From the NCBI GenBank assembly GCA_017441205.1, contig JAFRYG010000024.1, positions 6,046 through 70,045 of the forward strand: a DNA stretch of 64,000 nt, given 5' to 3'. The notes under the pieces are model-generated. The model made no database searches. It was not told the DNA's origin and worked only from the letters and a program-made list of their open reading frames with translations. Of the stretch, positions 36,970 through 46,389 are shown one piece after another. The translations under genes and the position numbers were made by a program. The number at the start of each line of letters is the position of its first letter. Position 1 is the first letter of the stretch. This stretch comes from Pseudomonadota bacterium (lineage in GTDB: Bacteria; Myxococcota_A; Bradymonadia; UBA4248).

Positions 36970-38799
36970 ATGAAAGACAACATCATTTATGAAATTCAGC
37001 CACAAAAGGTGTACGCATTCCTGGCCAAACACAATGTCTGGGCCGTTTCCGATTCCGATGATTCGGGGCTGAACAAGGCAATGCTCGATATCCGGGCGGA
37101 TACGCAGATCAAACCCGTTCCCGGAAAACCCAAAACTGTACACAAAATATGGCTCGTTCCCAACGACAGCTTCCAGAATATCAAGCCCCTGCTGGATACC
37201 CTCGGATATGCCATTTTCAGCGCGCCCCCTGCCCCTTCGGCATCCTTTCAGGTCCCGGCATCCGGCAAAACCGCGCAGCCATCTCCCGTTCCCTGTGTGG
37301 AACATACCTATTCCATTGCCGAACTGAGCAAAGAGATCAAGGGAACCATCAATGCCGCCTTTTGTCAGAAAATATGGGTCAGAGGCGAAATCTGCGGTCT
37401 CAAATCCCCCAATCCCCATCTGTATTTTGACCTCATAGACAGTACTTCCCATGCCAAATCCCCCGACAAGCTCAAAGCCATTATCTGGGCCGATACATGG
37501 AGGATGATTGCGCAGAAAATCCAGGAAAATCGGATTCCAAAACTCGCGGAAGGCATGGAAATCCGGGTCGCCGGAACGCTCAATTACTATGCCCCCGGAA
37601 GTCAGGTTTCCTTCTGCATCCAGGATATCGACGAGCAATTTGCCGAGGGAGAATTTTATCGCCGAAAAGCCGAAATTGAAGCCAAACTCAGGGAACTGGG
37701 CATTCACGACAAAAACGCCGCGATCCCGATGCCGGTTTTTCCAGGCCGTCTCGCGGTTTTTTCGAACCAGACGGCAGCAGGCTGGCGAGATTTTGTCACT
37801 GAATTACAGAAAGAGGGATTTCCGTTTCGGATTACGCTGTTTCAGGTCGGCCTGCAAGGCAACCACCTGGAACCCTCATTTCTCAATGCATTCAAAGCGT
37901 TAAGCCATATCGGATTCGATCAGTTCGATCTGGGCATCATCATACGGGGCGGCGGCGGCGTCACGGAACTCGGGGGCTTCAACAGTTTTCCGATTGCCGA
38001 ATTCATTGCAAACTGTCCGCTCAAATTCGTCATCGGCGTCGGACACGAAGAGGACAGGACTGTTCTGGATGAAATTGCGCTTCGGCACAAGACTCCGACA
38101 GCCGTTGCCCAGGCGCTCAACGAGATCATGAACTCGCACGACCTTTTTCTGCACACCGCCAGCCAGTCACTCCATACCGAAACGGCCAGAATCCTCACCG
38201 AAACTCAGAACGCGCTCCAGCAGCACGCCATGAAATGCGCCAATGCGCTCAAAGACAAACATATACAGGCCAACAAAACGCTCTCCGCCCTTAAGAATGC
38301 GCTCAAATCCGCATCACTCCAACGATGTCATGAAGCCGATATCGACATCCGCAATTATCAGGCCGACATCAGACTCGCGGTACACCGCAAGACCGAAGAA
38401 AAACTCACTTATCTGCGCATGCTGCAAAACCAGATTGCACAAAATGCGCAAGCGGTCTGTGCCAATGAACGCCAGCATCTGGATTCACTCAAATCCGGCA
38501 TCAAAACAGCTTCTGATTTGCGCATTCATACAGAAAATGCCGGGCTGAGGCAAAATGCAGCCATTCTGCGGGAACGCACAAACAATGCGCAAAACAATAT
38601 TAAAATGCATCTGGATATACTAAAAGACAAACTTGCCCTGCTCGATCCGCGAAAACAGTTCGAGCGAGGATTTGTTGTGCTCACGGGAAAAAGCGGAAAA
38701 AGCATTTCGAAAATTCAGGATGTTTCTCTTCATGATAAGCTGACCGTCCGACTCATCGATGGCCACGTCGATGTCACCGTCGATTCGATCCGGGATTAG
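36970..38799 (+). CDS. xseA: Exodeoxyribonuclease VII large subunit.
   Basis: The OB-fold region 'IWVRGEICGLK.....HLYFDL.D' and the catalytic core 'IIRGGGGVTELGGFNSFPIAEFIANCPLKFVIGVGHEEDRTVLD' match XseA. Start re-set to MKDNIIYE. Confidence 0.85.
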   Translation: MKDNIIYEIQPQKVYAFLAKHNVWAVSDSDDSGLNKAMLDIRADTQIKPVPGKPKTVHKIWLVPNDSFQNIKPLLDTLGYAIFSAPPAPSASFQVPASGKTAQPSPVPCVEHTYSIAELSKEIKGTINAAFCQKIWVRGEICGLKSPNPHLYFDLIDSTSHAKSPDKLKAIIWADTWRMIAQKIQENRIPKLAEGMEIRVAGTLNYYAPGSQVSFCIQDIDEQFAEGEFYRRKAEIEAKLRELGIHDKNAAIPMPVFPGRLAVFSNQTAAGWRDFVTELQKEGFPFRITLFQVGLQGNHLEPSFLNAFKALSHIGFDQFDLGIIIRGGGGVTELGGFNSFPIAEFIANCPLKFVIGVGHEEDRTVLDEIALRHKTPTAVAQALNEIMNSHDLFLHTASQSLHTETARILTETQNALQQHAMKCANALKDKHIQANKTLSALKNALKSASLQRCHEADIDIRNYQADIRLAVHRKTEEKLTYLRMLQNQIAQNAQAVCANERQHLDSLKSGIKTASDLRIHTENAGLRQNAAILRERTNNAQNNIKMHLDILKDKLALLDPRKQFERGFVVLTGKSGKSISKIQDVSLHDKLTVRLIDGHVDVTVDSIRD

Positions 38800-38820
38800 T
38801 TTTTATACAGGAATAAGACC

Positions 38821-39051
38821 ATGGCCGCGCAAGAAAACAAAACGCCCCCAGCATCCACCTACGCGCAGGATATACAGCGCATTCAGACGATCGTCGATCT
38901 GCTCAGCCAGAAGGACTGCGATATCGACGATATGCTCAAATACGTCAACGAAGCGACAGAGCTCATCGAGCGATGCCAGGACAAACTCGCACGAACCGGA
39001 ATCCAAATCAACGAAGCGCTCGAACGGCTCGATGCGGCCAAAGACACATAA
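38821..39051 (+). CDS. xseB: Exodeoxyribonuclease VII small subunit.
   Basis: A 76-aa helical protein immediately after xseA, with the XseB-like segment 'IVDLLSQKDCDIDDMLKYVNEATELIERCQDKL'. Confidence 0.8.
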   Translation: MAAQENKTPPASTYAQDIQRIQTIVDLLSQKDCDIDDMLKYVNEATELIERCQDKLARTGIQINEALERLDAAKDT

Positions 39052-39060
39052 GAAGCGCAG

Positions 39061-39129
39061 GCGTATTGGCACAGCCAATAGCCGGCGCCCGTGCGGTGCG
39101 TATTGGCACAGCCAATAGCACCGTTCCAA
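39061..39129. repeat. Two direct copies (period 47 bp) of the hairpin unit GCGTATTGGCACAGCCAATAGC (REP family).
   Basis: Direct reading. One copy also occurs in inverse orientation at 11.24 kb. Confidence 0.7.
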
Positions 39130-39158
39130 TCCCAATCCAGTCATAAGGATAATTCACG

Positions 39159-40535
39159 ATGAAACTATCAACACTCATGCTCAGCTTCGCAGCGGCAATC
39201 TGTCTGGCGATGGGTTCACCTGCTGCCGCCGAGGAGGTCAATATGGCTCAGCAAACACAGGAAAATGTCAAAATTCCGTTCGAACAGTTCACGCTAGATA
39301 ACGGTCTGCGCGTATTTTTGCTGCGCGACAACTCCCTTCCCATCATCACCGTCAATCTGTGGTTCGACGTCGGCTCGAAGGACGAGCAGCCGGGCAGAAC
39401 CGGATTTGCGCATCTGTTCGAGCATCTGATGTTCATGGGAACAGAAAAAGTCCCCAACATCGATATTCTGCTCGAGAGCGGCGGCGGTTCGAACAATGCA
39501 TCCACGCGCGAGGATGTGACGAATTATTACACGGTAGCCCCCGAAAATATGCTCGAAACCGTGTTGTTCATTGAGGCCGACCGCTTTGCGCATCTGGCGG
39601 ATGCGATGACCCAGGAAAAACTCGATAAACAGCGGGATGTCGTGCTGAACGAACGCAGACAATCCTACGAAAATCAGCCCTATGGCAAACTGTGGCTCGA
39701 TTTGCCCACCGTCCTCTATCCCGAGGGCCATCCCTATGCCCATCCGGTCATCGGTTCCGTTCAGGATATCAAAAACGCAACGATCCAGGATGTCACTGAC
39801 TTTTTCAATACTTACTACGTCCCGGCCAATGCCTCGCTCGTCGTCGGAGGCGATTTCGATTCCGAACGAGCCAAGTCGCTCATCACCAAATATTTCGGTG
39901 CCATTCCCAAACGTCCAAAACCTGTCACCGCTGCAATTCCTCAGGTCACAGCACCGGTCAAAACCAGACATACCATTCAGGACGACGTCCAGGTGCCCAA
40001 ACTTACCCTTATCTGGCACTCCCCGGCGTTCATGGCCAAAGGCGATGCCGAACTCGATATTCTCTCCAATATTCTTTGCAAAGGCCAGACTTCGCGCCTC
40101 ATCAACCGCCTCGTCTACGAAAAGCAGCTGGCATCCAACGTTTCGTGCGGCCAGATCTCGGGACTTGCATCCGTGTTCATGATCGATGCCATGCCGCTGC
40201 CCGGCGTTTCGGTCGAAACGCTCGAAGCCGAAATTCTGGATGAACTCTCAAAGATTACCAGGGACGGCGTTTCCGAAGAGGAATTTGCCCGCACCAAAAA
40301 CGGCATCGAAACCGCATTTGTCAAGCAGCTCCAGTCCATCGGTTCGAGGGCCGACAGCTTCAACAGCTACGCATTCTACACCCACGATACGGACTTTCCC
40401 GCAGGTGATCTCAGACGTTACCGCCAGGCAACGACCGCGACGCTCATGGAAGTCATCAAACTCATCTTCAGCGATGATTCCCGCAGAAGCGCCCTCATTG
40501 TTACCCCCCGCACACCATCCGGAGAACAGCAATGA
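39159..40535 (+). CDS. Secreted M16-family zinc peptidase, active subunit (HxxEH).
   Basis: Signal peptide present. The inverted zinc motif 'HLFEHLMFMGTEK' and downstream Glu-containing region are typical of pitrilysin-family enzymes. Confidence 0.8.
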   Translation: MKLSTLMLSFAAAICLAMGSPAAAEEVNMAQQTQENVKIPFEQFTLDNGLRVFLLRDNSLPIITVNLWFDVGSKDEQPGRTGFAHLFEHLMFMGTEKVPNIDILLESGGGSNNASTREDVTNYYTVAPENMLETVLFIEADRFAHLADAMTQEKLDKQRDVVLNERRQSYENQPYGKLWLDLPTVLYPEGHPYAHPVIGSVQDIKNATIQDVTDFFNTYYVPANASLVVGGDFDSERAKSLITKYFGAIPKRPKPVTAAIPQVTAPVKTRHTIQDDVQVPKLTLIWHSPAFMAKGDAELDILSNILCKGQTSRLINRLVYEKQLASNVSCGQISGLASVFMIDAMPLPGVSVETLEAEILDELSKITRDGVSEEEFARTKNGIETAFVKQLQSIGSRADSFNSYAFYTHDTDFPAGDLRRYRQATTATLMEVIKLIFSDDSRRSALIVTPRTPSGEQQ

Positions 40536-42016
40536 AACCAGCCCATTGTCTCACTCTGATAATTGCAGCCGCATCGCTGTCGCTGAATGCATGTCAGTCC
40601 ACTTCTTCCGGCGAACAAACGCCCGTTTCCGCAGTGCAAAACACCATGAATACCGATTTCAGTCTTCCAGAAATTCCCCCCGCAAAACTCTTCCAGCATG
40701 CAACACCGGAAATCTTCAAACTCGATAACGGCATGGATGTCTGGTACGTACACAACCCGCTCATTCCGCTCATGAGCCTGAAAGTCGTATTCACCCAGGG
40801 CGCATCCATCGATCCTGCCGACAAATCCGGTCGTTCCTCCATGACCGCCATCCTGCTCAAGGAAGGTGCGAACGGAAAATCCGCGCAGCAGATATCCAAC
40901 GAAATTGAGTTCATCGGTGCCACGCTTTCCCCGGCCATCACTCAGGATGCCGCATCCATCACGCTCCAGTCCATGACCCAGTTCTTCGAACAGGGACTCG
41001 ATATTCTCGCCGATATCTGGCTCAAACCATCTTTTGAACAGAGCGCATTCGACCGCATCCAAAAAATCGTACTCAATGGCCTCAAACAACGCGAAGATGC
41101 GCCGACCGCCATCGCAAAGCTCGCCTCTAATCGGGACTATTTCGGCGAGGACCATCCCTACGCCAGATCCGCCGACGGCTACATCGACACCATCTCCGGC
41201 ATGTCCCTCAAAGACATTCAGGAAGCCTATCAGCAGATATTCACACCATCGCGCGCAGCATTTATCGCAGTCGGCAACATTCCGGCCGATGAACTCAAAA
41301 AAATGCTCAACAGCCGGTTCGGTTCCCTGAATATCACGCCGGTTGCCGACGAAATGCCCAAGCCAGAAGTCCCCGCGCCCGTCCGACGTCTCACCATCGT
41401 CGACAAACCCAACGCCCCGCAGACGGTCATCCGCATCTATCAGCCAGCCATCGTAGCCACCTCGCTCAAAACCCTCCCCTGGCAATTCATCAACATCCCG
41501 TTCGGCGGCAGCTTCACGAGCAGGCTCATGCAGAATATCCGCGAGGACAAAGGCTATTCCTACGGCGCAAATGCCGTCGTCGCGTCGCAGAAATTCGCAG
41601 GCGTCCTGCTCTCGACCTCGCAGGTCGCCACCGAAGTCACTGGCGCAGCGCTCAAGGAATTCCTCTATGAACTCGATCGCCTCCCCAAAGGAGACTTCAC
41701 GCAGGAAGAATTCGAACGCGCCCGCGAAACCTGGAAATCCGAACTCGTTCAGTCGTTCGAAACACAATCCGGAGTACTCGCAACCATCTCCAGCCTGTAT
41801 CTCAATCAAAAGCCCGTCGATGCCATCAATGCCTTCGCTCGAAGCCTCGACAGCTTTACGCTCGAACAGTTCAACGAAATCGCACGCGAATTCCCAACCA
41901 TCGATCAGATCAGCATCACGCTGGTCGGCGACAAAAACACCATCCTTGAACAAATTAAGGATATGGCTCTTCCGCAACCGACCTTCAGGGATCTCGAAGG
42001 CAAAATCATTCCGTAG
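40532..42016 (+). CDS. M16-family peptidase, non-catalytic partner subunit (lacks HxxEH).
   Basis: Overlaps the upstream gene by 4 nt. M16 fold-like with signal peptide, but no HxxEH motif. Confidence 0.7.
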   Translation: MKPAHCLTLIIAAASLSLNACQSTSSGEQTPVSAVQNTMNTDFSLPEIPPAKLFQHATPEIFKLDNGMDVWYVHNPLIPLMSLKVVFTQGASIDPADKSGRSSMTAILLKEGANGKSAQQISNEIEFIGATLSPAITQDAASITLQSMTQFFEQGLDILADIWLKPSFEQSAFDRIQKIVLNGLKQREDAPTAIAKLASNRDYFGEDHPYARSADGYIDTISGMSLKDIQEAYQQIFTPSRAAFIAVGNIPADELKKMLNSRFGSLNITPVADEMPKPEVPAPVRRLTIVDKPNAPQTVIRIYQPAIVATSLKTLPWQFINIPFGGSFTSRLMQNIREDKGYSYGANAVVASQKFAGVLLSTSQVATEVTGAALKEFLYELDRLPKGDFTQEEFERARETWKSELVQSFETQSGVLATISSLYLNQKPVDAINAFARSLDSFTLEQFNEIAREFPTIDQISITLVGDKNTILEQIKDMALPQPTFRDLEGKIIP

Positions 42017-42160
42017 TTATGAGTTGGGAGTTATGAGTTGGGAGTTATGAGTTGGGAGTTATGAGTTAAGCAATCGCAAAGTTCCTCGCCAATGAATCAG
42101 GTAAGTAAAGTACCAAGACTTCCAACTAAACTCCCCACACCCAACACCCAACTCCCCACT
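42017..42160. repeat. A tandem 14-bp repeat (TTATGAGTTGGGAG x3.6) plus a nearby partial inverse copy (CCCAACTCCCC). This is the left arm of an inverted-repeat pair whose partner is at 57.03 kb.
   Basis: Direct reading. The reverse complement of 57028..57060 shares an exact 22-mer, GAGTTGGGAGTTATGAGTTGGG, with 42021..42042. Confidence 0.75.
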
Positions 42161-42164
42161 CAAT

Positions 42165-45100
42165 ATGCCGCTATTTAACGATTCTTTGCCGCTGCACACC
42201 GAACACATTCTCGGGAAACGCTGCGAAATTCTCCAGAATTACGCACCCAATAACCAGTTCTTTCTCGAAACGCTCCAGATCGAAGCCCCCAAAAACAAAT
42301 CAAGACGGCTCAAAAAACTGCATGCGGCCTGTACGACAGACTTTATTTCCCAGATTTTCAGCCCGCTTCAGTCCGGCAATGAAATCAATTCTGAGCTGAT
42401 TGCGTTCGATTTTGATGAACAAAATGCCCTCTGGCTGCACACCTTCTATCCGGCAGCACAGTCCACGCTATCCATGCGGCTGAGCGCGCTTCCCATCTAC
42501 TCCACCGCGCTCATTCTCAGACTCGAACGCATATTTACCATCGGAATCCACACGAAATCTCCCGTCGATCTGTGTTTTGATTTCCTCGAAACAGCCGTTC
42601 ACCTCCTCGAAAATTCTCCGAACGCACCGTCCGATCTGGCTTTCGATGCGACCACGGCATCGATCTCTTTCAGCCCCATACAGGGTCTCATCGATATTCT
42701 CAACCTCGACTGTGAATACGATCCCGGACATACAAAAGTCTGGATCGACAAGCATCTGCTCCATATCCAGTACGAAGAGGACACGCTGATCCTCCCTCCA
42801 TCCAAACCTCAGCTGCCGCAAACCATCGAAGTTACTCGCTTTTTTGATACCAATCCAACCGAATCCCTCGACGAAAATCTGTCCGATATTCAGGCATTTG
42901 ATTTCGAAGATCCCAGTCTCGAAGTCCAGGATATCTCCAAAAGCGAAGAACTCTCGATGTTCAAGCTGATTCGGGAATTCGGAAAATCCCCCAACGACAA
43001 GCGCCAGAATTGGCTGATGTCCGAAGATTCCGATGTCATTCCCACTGCTGCGCTCACCACAAACACGCCACCGCCCTTCAATGTAAAAAATATTGATTTG
43101 GACTGTCCGACATTAATGGCCATCCATATGGCCATTCATTCCGGCGAGGGAATATCTCCGGAAGCAGCGAAACTCGTTCTCGAAGAAGCCCAGCAACATC
43201 TCCCCCCTGTGCTCAGGCCGGCACTTCTCTACATGCTCCACTTCTGGGCACCTTCCCTGGATGAAGAGATCAAGCTCGAAGCCCTCAATGACTCCGCTGC
43301 GCCATCGCCATCCCCTCTGATCATCAGTATTCTCAAGGATATTTATCGCACCCAGAACAGCGACACGATGCTGATCGCCCTTCTGCAGCGACAGATCAAT
43401 GCCTGTACGTTCAACATCCATCAGACCATTGCGCTCGAACTCGAAAGCATCGGAATTCTGGCTTCAAAGCTCGAGATGCATACCGTTGCCCTCAAACGGC
43501 TCGAAGCGCTCAAATCCACAGTTCTGCAGCATGGCAATCCACAGGAACGCATTCGGTTTGCACTCTGTTACCACCACTCCCAGTATACCGGAATGGCCAT
43601 ACAATATCTCAGACTATGGATGAACCAGGCCGAAGATCCCCAGACGACTGCACTCTATGGCTATCAGCTCGCCAATGTAATGTTCGAACACAATGAACCC
43701 ATGCAGTCGATCATCACAGTCTGCAACCAAATCCTCGATGCCATTCCGCAGCACATCGAAACGCTGGAACTGCTCGCCAGGTGTCTGGAATCCACGAATC
43801 GATTCAGAGATGCATCCGATGCATGGATGCAGTGTTTTGAACGATTTGTCCGTCTTTGGGAAACCGCTCAGCTGCAGTACCAGATGATGCCCTCCAGCGA
43901 CAATGAACTCTGGCTCCATACCTGCCAATCGAGAGCCATCCATGCCGCAGAAATGATCGAAAAATCGATGGATGATCCCCAGGATGCGTCCATCCGGATT
44001 CTCGTTCTCAATGATCATCTGCGTCTGGAACCAGGATCTGTTCGCGTCGTTGCGCGTTTGCTCAAAGATCTCGAAGCAACGCACGCTTTTCACGAAATGG
44101 CACACACCTGCCTCAGTTTTTTAAAGCACAACAAAGGCACCATTTCACCCAAGGATGAAATTGCCATCCGGCTTACCCTGCACAATATCTACGATCGGGA
44201 ACTGGATCGCCCCTACGATGCCATCGAACAGCTCAACAAAGCCCGGGCGCTGTCTGCATTCGATCCCAGAGTCATCTATACAGAAATTGAACGATGCAGA
44301 AAATCCGGACAAAAAAAGGAACAAATCAGTCTGCGCCTCGCCCTCATCGATGCGCTGCCCCCGGCCGAAGCCGTCGAACAAACCCTCGAGCTCGTCAACA
44401 TCTACGAATCCCTCGACACACCGCCGGAGCAGATTGTCGACATTCTGCGAAAAACGAATGCCAGATCCCCAAACAACCCGCAGATCCTGCTCGAACTCCG
44501 TCTGTACCTCAGAAAAATCGGTCAGAACTTCGAACTGGCAACCGTACTGGAAAAGCTGGCAAGAGTTACGCAGGATCTCCAAATGCGTAAGAATATTCTG
44601 CTCGAAGCCAGCGAAGTAAACGAAAAGCTCGGCAATATTCAGATCGCACAGTCGCAGTACCACGAAGCACAGCTGTGCAGTCCCATTGACCCCGACAATA
44701 ACGACGGCTTTATGCCGCAGAGTATTCACGGGGATTTCATGGCAGACGGCCCTCAGTATCAGGCATCATCGCCGCTTTCCTCCATGATGCTGACCTCCCG
44801 ATCCCTGTCCATCGTCGAAGATATTTCGGGACTTCTCTCAGATCCATCCATATCCAACGTCGATCAAATCCTCGACGATACCACGACTCCACCGGGAACC
44901 CCTTCCTCCCAGAACACGCCCATATCGAATATCCTGCAGAACACGCCCCCGAATGCCCAGAGCGAACCTTCGCCGAACGAAGTATCTCACTCAGGATTTG
45001 ACAACATGCTCGCGGATGATGCCCCGCTCGAAGACCAAATCGTCGAAGCCCGTATCCGGGGCAATACCCAGGCGCTTCTCGAACGGCTGCTGCTCTCCAT

Positions 45101-46346
45101 CCAATCCATTCCCGAAGCCGAACAACCGCCCAGAGTTCTGCAGGAAATCGCATGCATTTATCTGTATGATCGCCATGATCCACAAACGGCGCGCCAGTTC
45201 CTCGAAAGAGCGTCTGCTTTGAATCACGATATCGCGTTCGGCGAGCAGACGCTCAATGCCCTCGAGATAATCTATCAATCCATGAAGATGTATAAGGAAC
45301 TCGCCGAAGTCTATGAGAAGAAATGCGAGATCCTGACCATCGCAGATGAACGAAGAAAGTACGAAATGCGACTCGCACAGATTCGCTATGAGCATCTGGG
45401 ACAGACAGATCTCGCCATCGAAACACTCAATAATCTGCTCCAGCGCATGCCGAAGAACGAAACCGCCCTCCAACTGCTGGCACAAATTTACATCGATACG
45501 CAGAATCCCACCAAAGCCATCGAAACACTCAAAATCATCACGCCGCTGCTGAAACCGGATTCCAAACCGATGGCGCAGCATCTTCTGCGCCTGATTTCGC
45601 TGCATATTCAAAACGACAATATCAATGAAGCCAAAAAACTCATGCATGCGCTGCTCGACCACAATAACTACGTCGATAAACTGGCTGTCATTGAACTCTA
45701 TAAACGAACCTGCCGCGAACACGACGAATGGAACGAACTGCTCGATATTCTCCTGGACGAACTCGCGTTTTATCTTCGCATTCCCAGACAGGAGCTCAAT
45801 CTGTTTGAACTCATCCGGACCAACCAGATGAATACGCTCTCTGCCGGCGTCCATACACTTCGTGAATATGCCGATGTCCTCTATCTGAAACTTCACAGAA
45901 TTGACGAAGCCACCGAAATTTACCAATTCCTGACCAAGCTGCTTCCGGATGATGACTATCCCAAAAATATTCTGTTCGAAATTGCCGAACAGCATCCCGA
46001 AAATGAGTCCGTCATTTCCAGAATAGTGGAGCTCAGTGCACCCCATAAGATGGCATCCATGGCGAGCACATCGGGAACCGCGCTTTTGAGCGATAACAAG
46101 GATACAAGCGCCATTTATGAGGAAATTGAAGCTGCATTCAAGTATATCCAGACCGGTTCCTCCGATTCAGCCAGCCAAAAGCTGACCCAAATCGAAAGTC
46201 AGACCGACGCCATGAAGAGAAAAAAGTACTATGCACCAATTATTTTTGCACTAAGACAGCATTTATATGCTAAGATAGAATCGGGTGCATCTAATCAGAC
46301 GATGGATGAAGGGGAAACGATCCCGCCCGCAGATAATGATTCCTAA
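42165..46346 (+). CDS. Very large (1,393-aa) cytoplasmic TPR/helical-repeat protein.
   Basis: Long arrays of amphipathic helix pairs with TPR-like spacing throughout. No enzymatic motif seen. Confidence 0.45.
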   Translation: MPLFNDSLPLHTEHILGKRCEILQNYAPNNQFFLETLQIEAPKNKSRRLKKLHAACTTDFISQIFSPLQSGNEINSELIAFDFDEQNALWLHTFYPAAQSTLSMRLSALPIYSTALILRLERIFTIGIHTKSPVDLCFDFLETAVHLLENSPNAPSDLAFDATTASISFSPIQGLIDILNLDCEYDPGHTKVWIDKHLLHIQYEEDTLILPPSKPQLPQTIEVTRFFDTNPTESLDENLSDIQAFDFEDPSLEVQDISKSEELSMFKLIREFGKSPNDKRQNWLMSEDSDVIPTAALTTNTPPPFNVKNIDLDCPTLMAIHMAIHSGEGISPEAAKLVLEEAQQHLPPVLRPALLYMLHFWAPSLDEEIKLEALNDSAAPSPSPLIISILKDIYRTQNSDTMLIALLQRQINACTFNIHQTIALELESIGILASKLEMHTVALKRLEALKSTVLQHGNPQERIRFALCYHHSQYTGMAIQYLRLWMNQAEDPQTTALYGYQLANVMFEHNEPMQSIITVCNQILDAIPQHIETLELLARCLESTNRFRDASDAWMQCFERFVRLWETAQLQYQMMPSSDNELWLHTCQSRAIHAAEMIEKSMDDPQDASIRILVLNDHLRLEPGSVRVVARLLKDLEATHAFHEMAHTCLSFLKHNKGTISPKDEIAIRLTLHNIYDRELDRPYDAIEQLNKARALSAFDPRVIYTEIERCRKSGQKKEQISLRLALIDALPPAEAVEQTLELVNIYESLDTPPEQIVDILRKTNARSPNNPQILLELRLYLRKIGQNFELATVLEKLARVTQDLQMRKNILLEASEVNEKLGNIQIAQSQYHEAQLCSPIDPDNNDGFMPQSIHGDFMADGPQYQASSPLSSMMLTSRSLSIVEDISGLLSDPSISNVDQILDDTTTPPGTPSSQNTPISNILQNTPPNAQSEPSPNEVSHSGFDNMLADDAPLEDQIVEARIRGNTQALLERLLLSIQSIPEAEQPPRVLQEIACIYLYDRHDPQTARQFLERASALNHDIAFGEQTLNALEIIYQSMKMYKELAEVYEKKCEILTIADERRKYEMRLAQIRYEHLGQTDLAIETLNNLLQRMPKNETALQLLAQIYIDTQNPTKAIETLKIITPLLKPDSKPMAQHLLRLISLHIQNDNINEAKKLMHALLDHNNYVDKLAVIELYKRTCREHDEWNELLDILLDELAFYLRIPRQELNLFELIRTNQMNTLSAGVHTLREYADVLYLKLHRIDEATEIYQFLTKLLPDDDYPKNILFEIAEQHPENESVISRIVELSAPHKMASMASTSGTALLSDNKDTSAIYEEIEAAFKYIQTGSSDSASQKLTQIESQTDAMKRKKYYAPIIFALRQHLYAKIESGASNQTMDEGETIPPADNDS

Positions 46347-46389
46347 GTATTGTGTGCCTTTTGATAACATTTTAGCCCAGAGTAAGACG

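Noticed and set aside
40418-41977. 519-aa ORF on the minus strand covering the M16B gene.
   Set aside because: The plus-strand frame encodes a full M16-fold protein that is translationally coupled to M16A. The antisense product is Gly/Arg/Glu-rich with no motifs, so it is a typical shadow ORF.
42017-42067. Possible CRISPR or minisatellite array.
   Set aside because: The 14-bp period has no spacers, so it is a simple tandem repeat. It was kept as a repeat feature and as the inverted-repeat arm.
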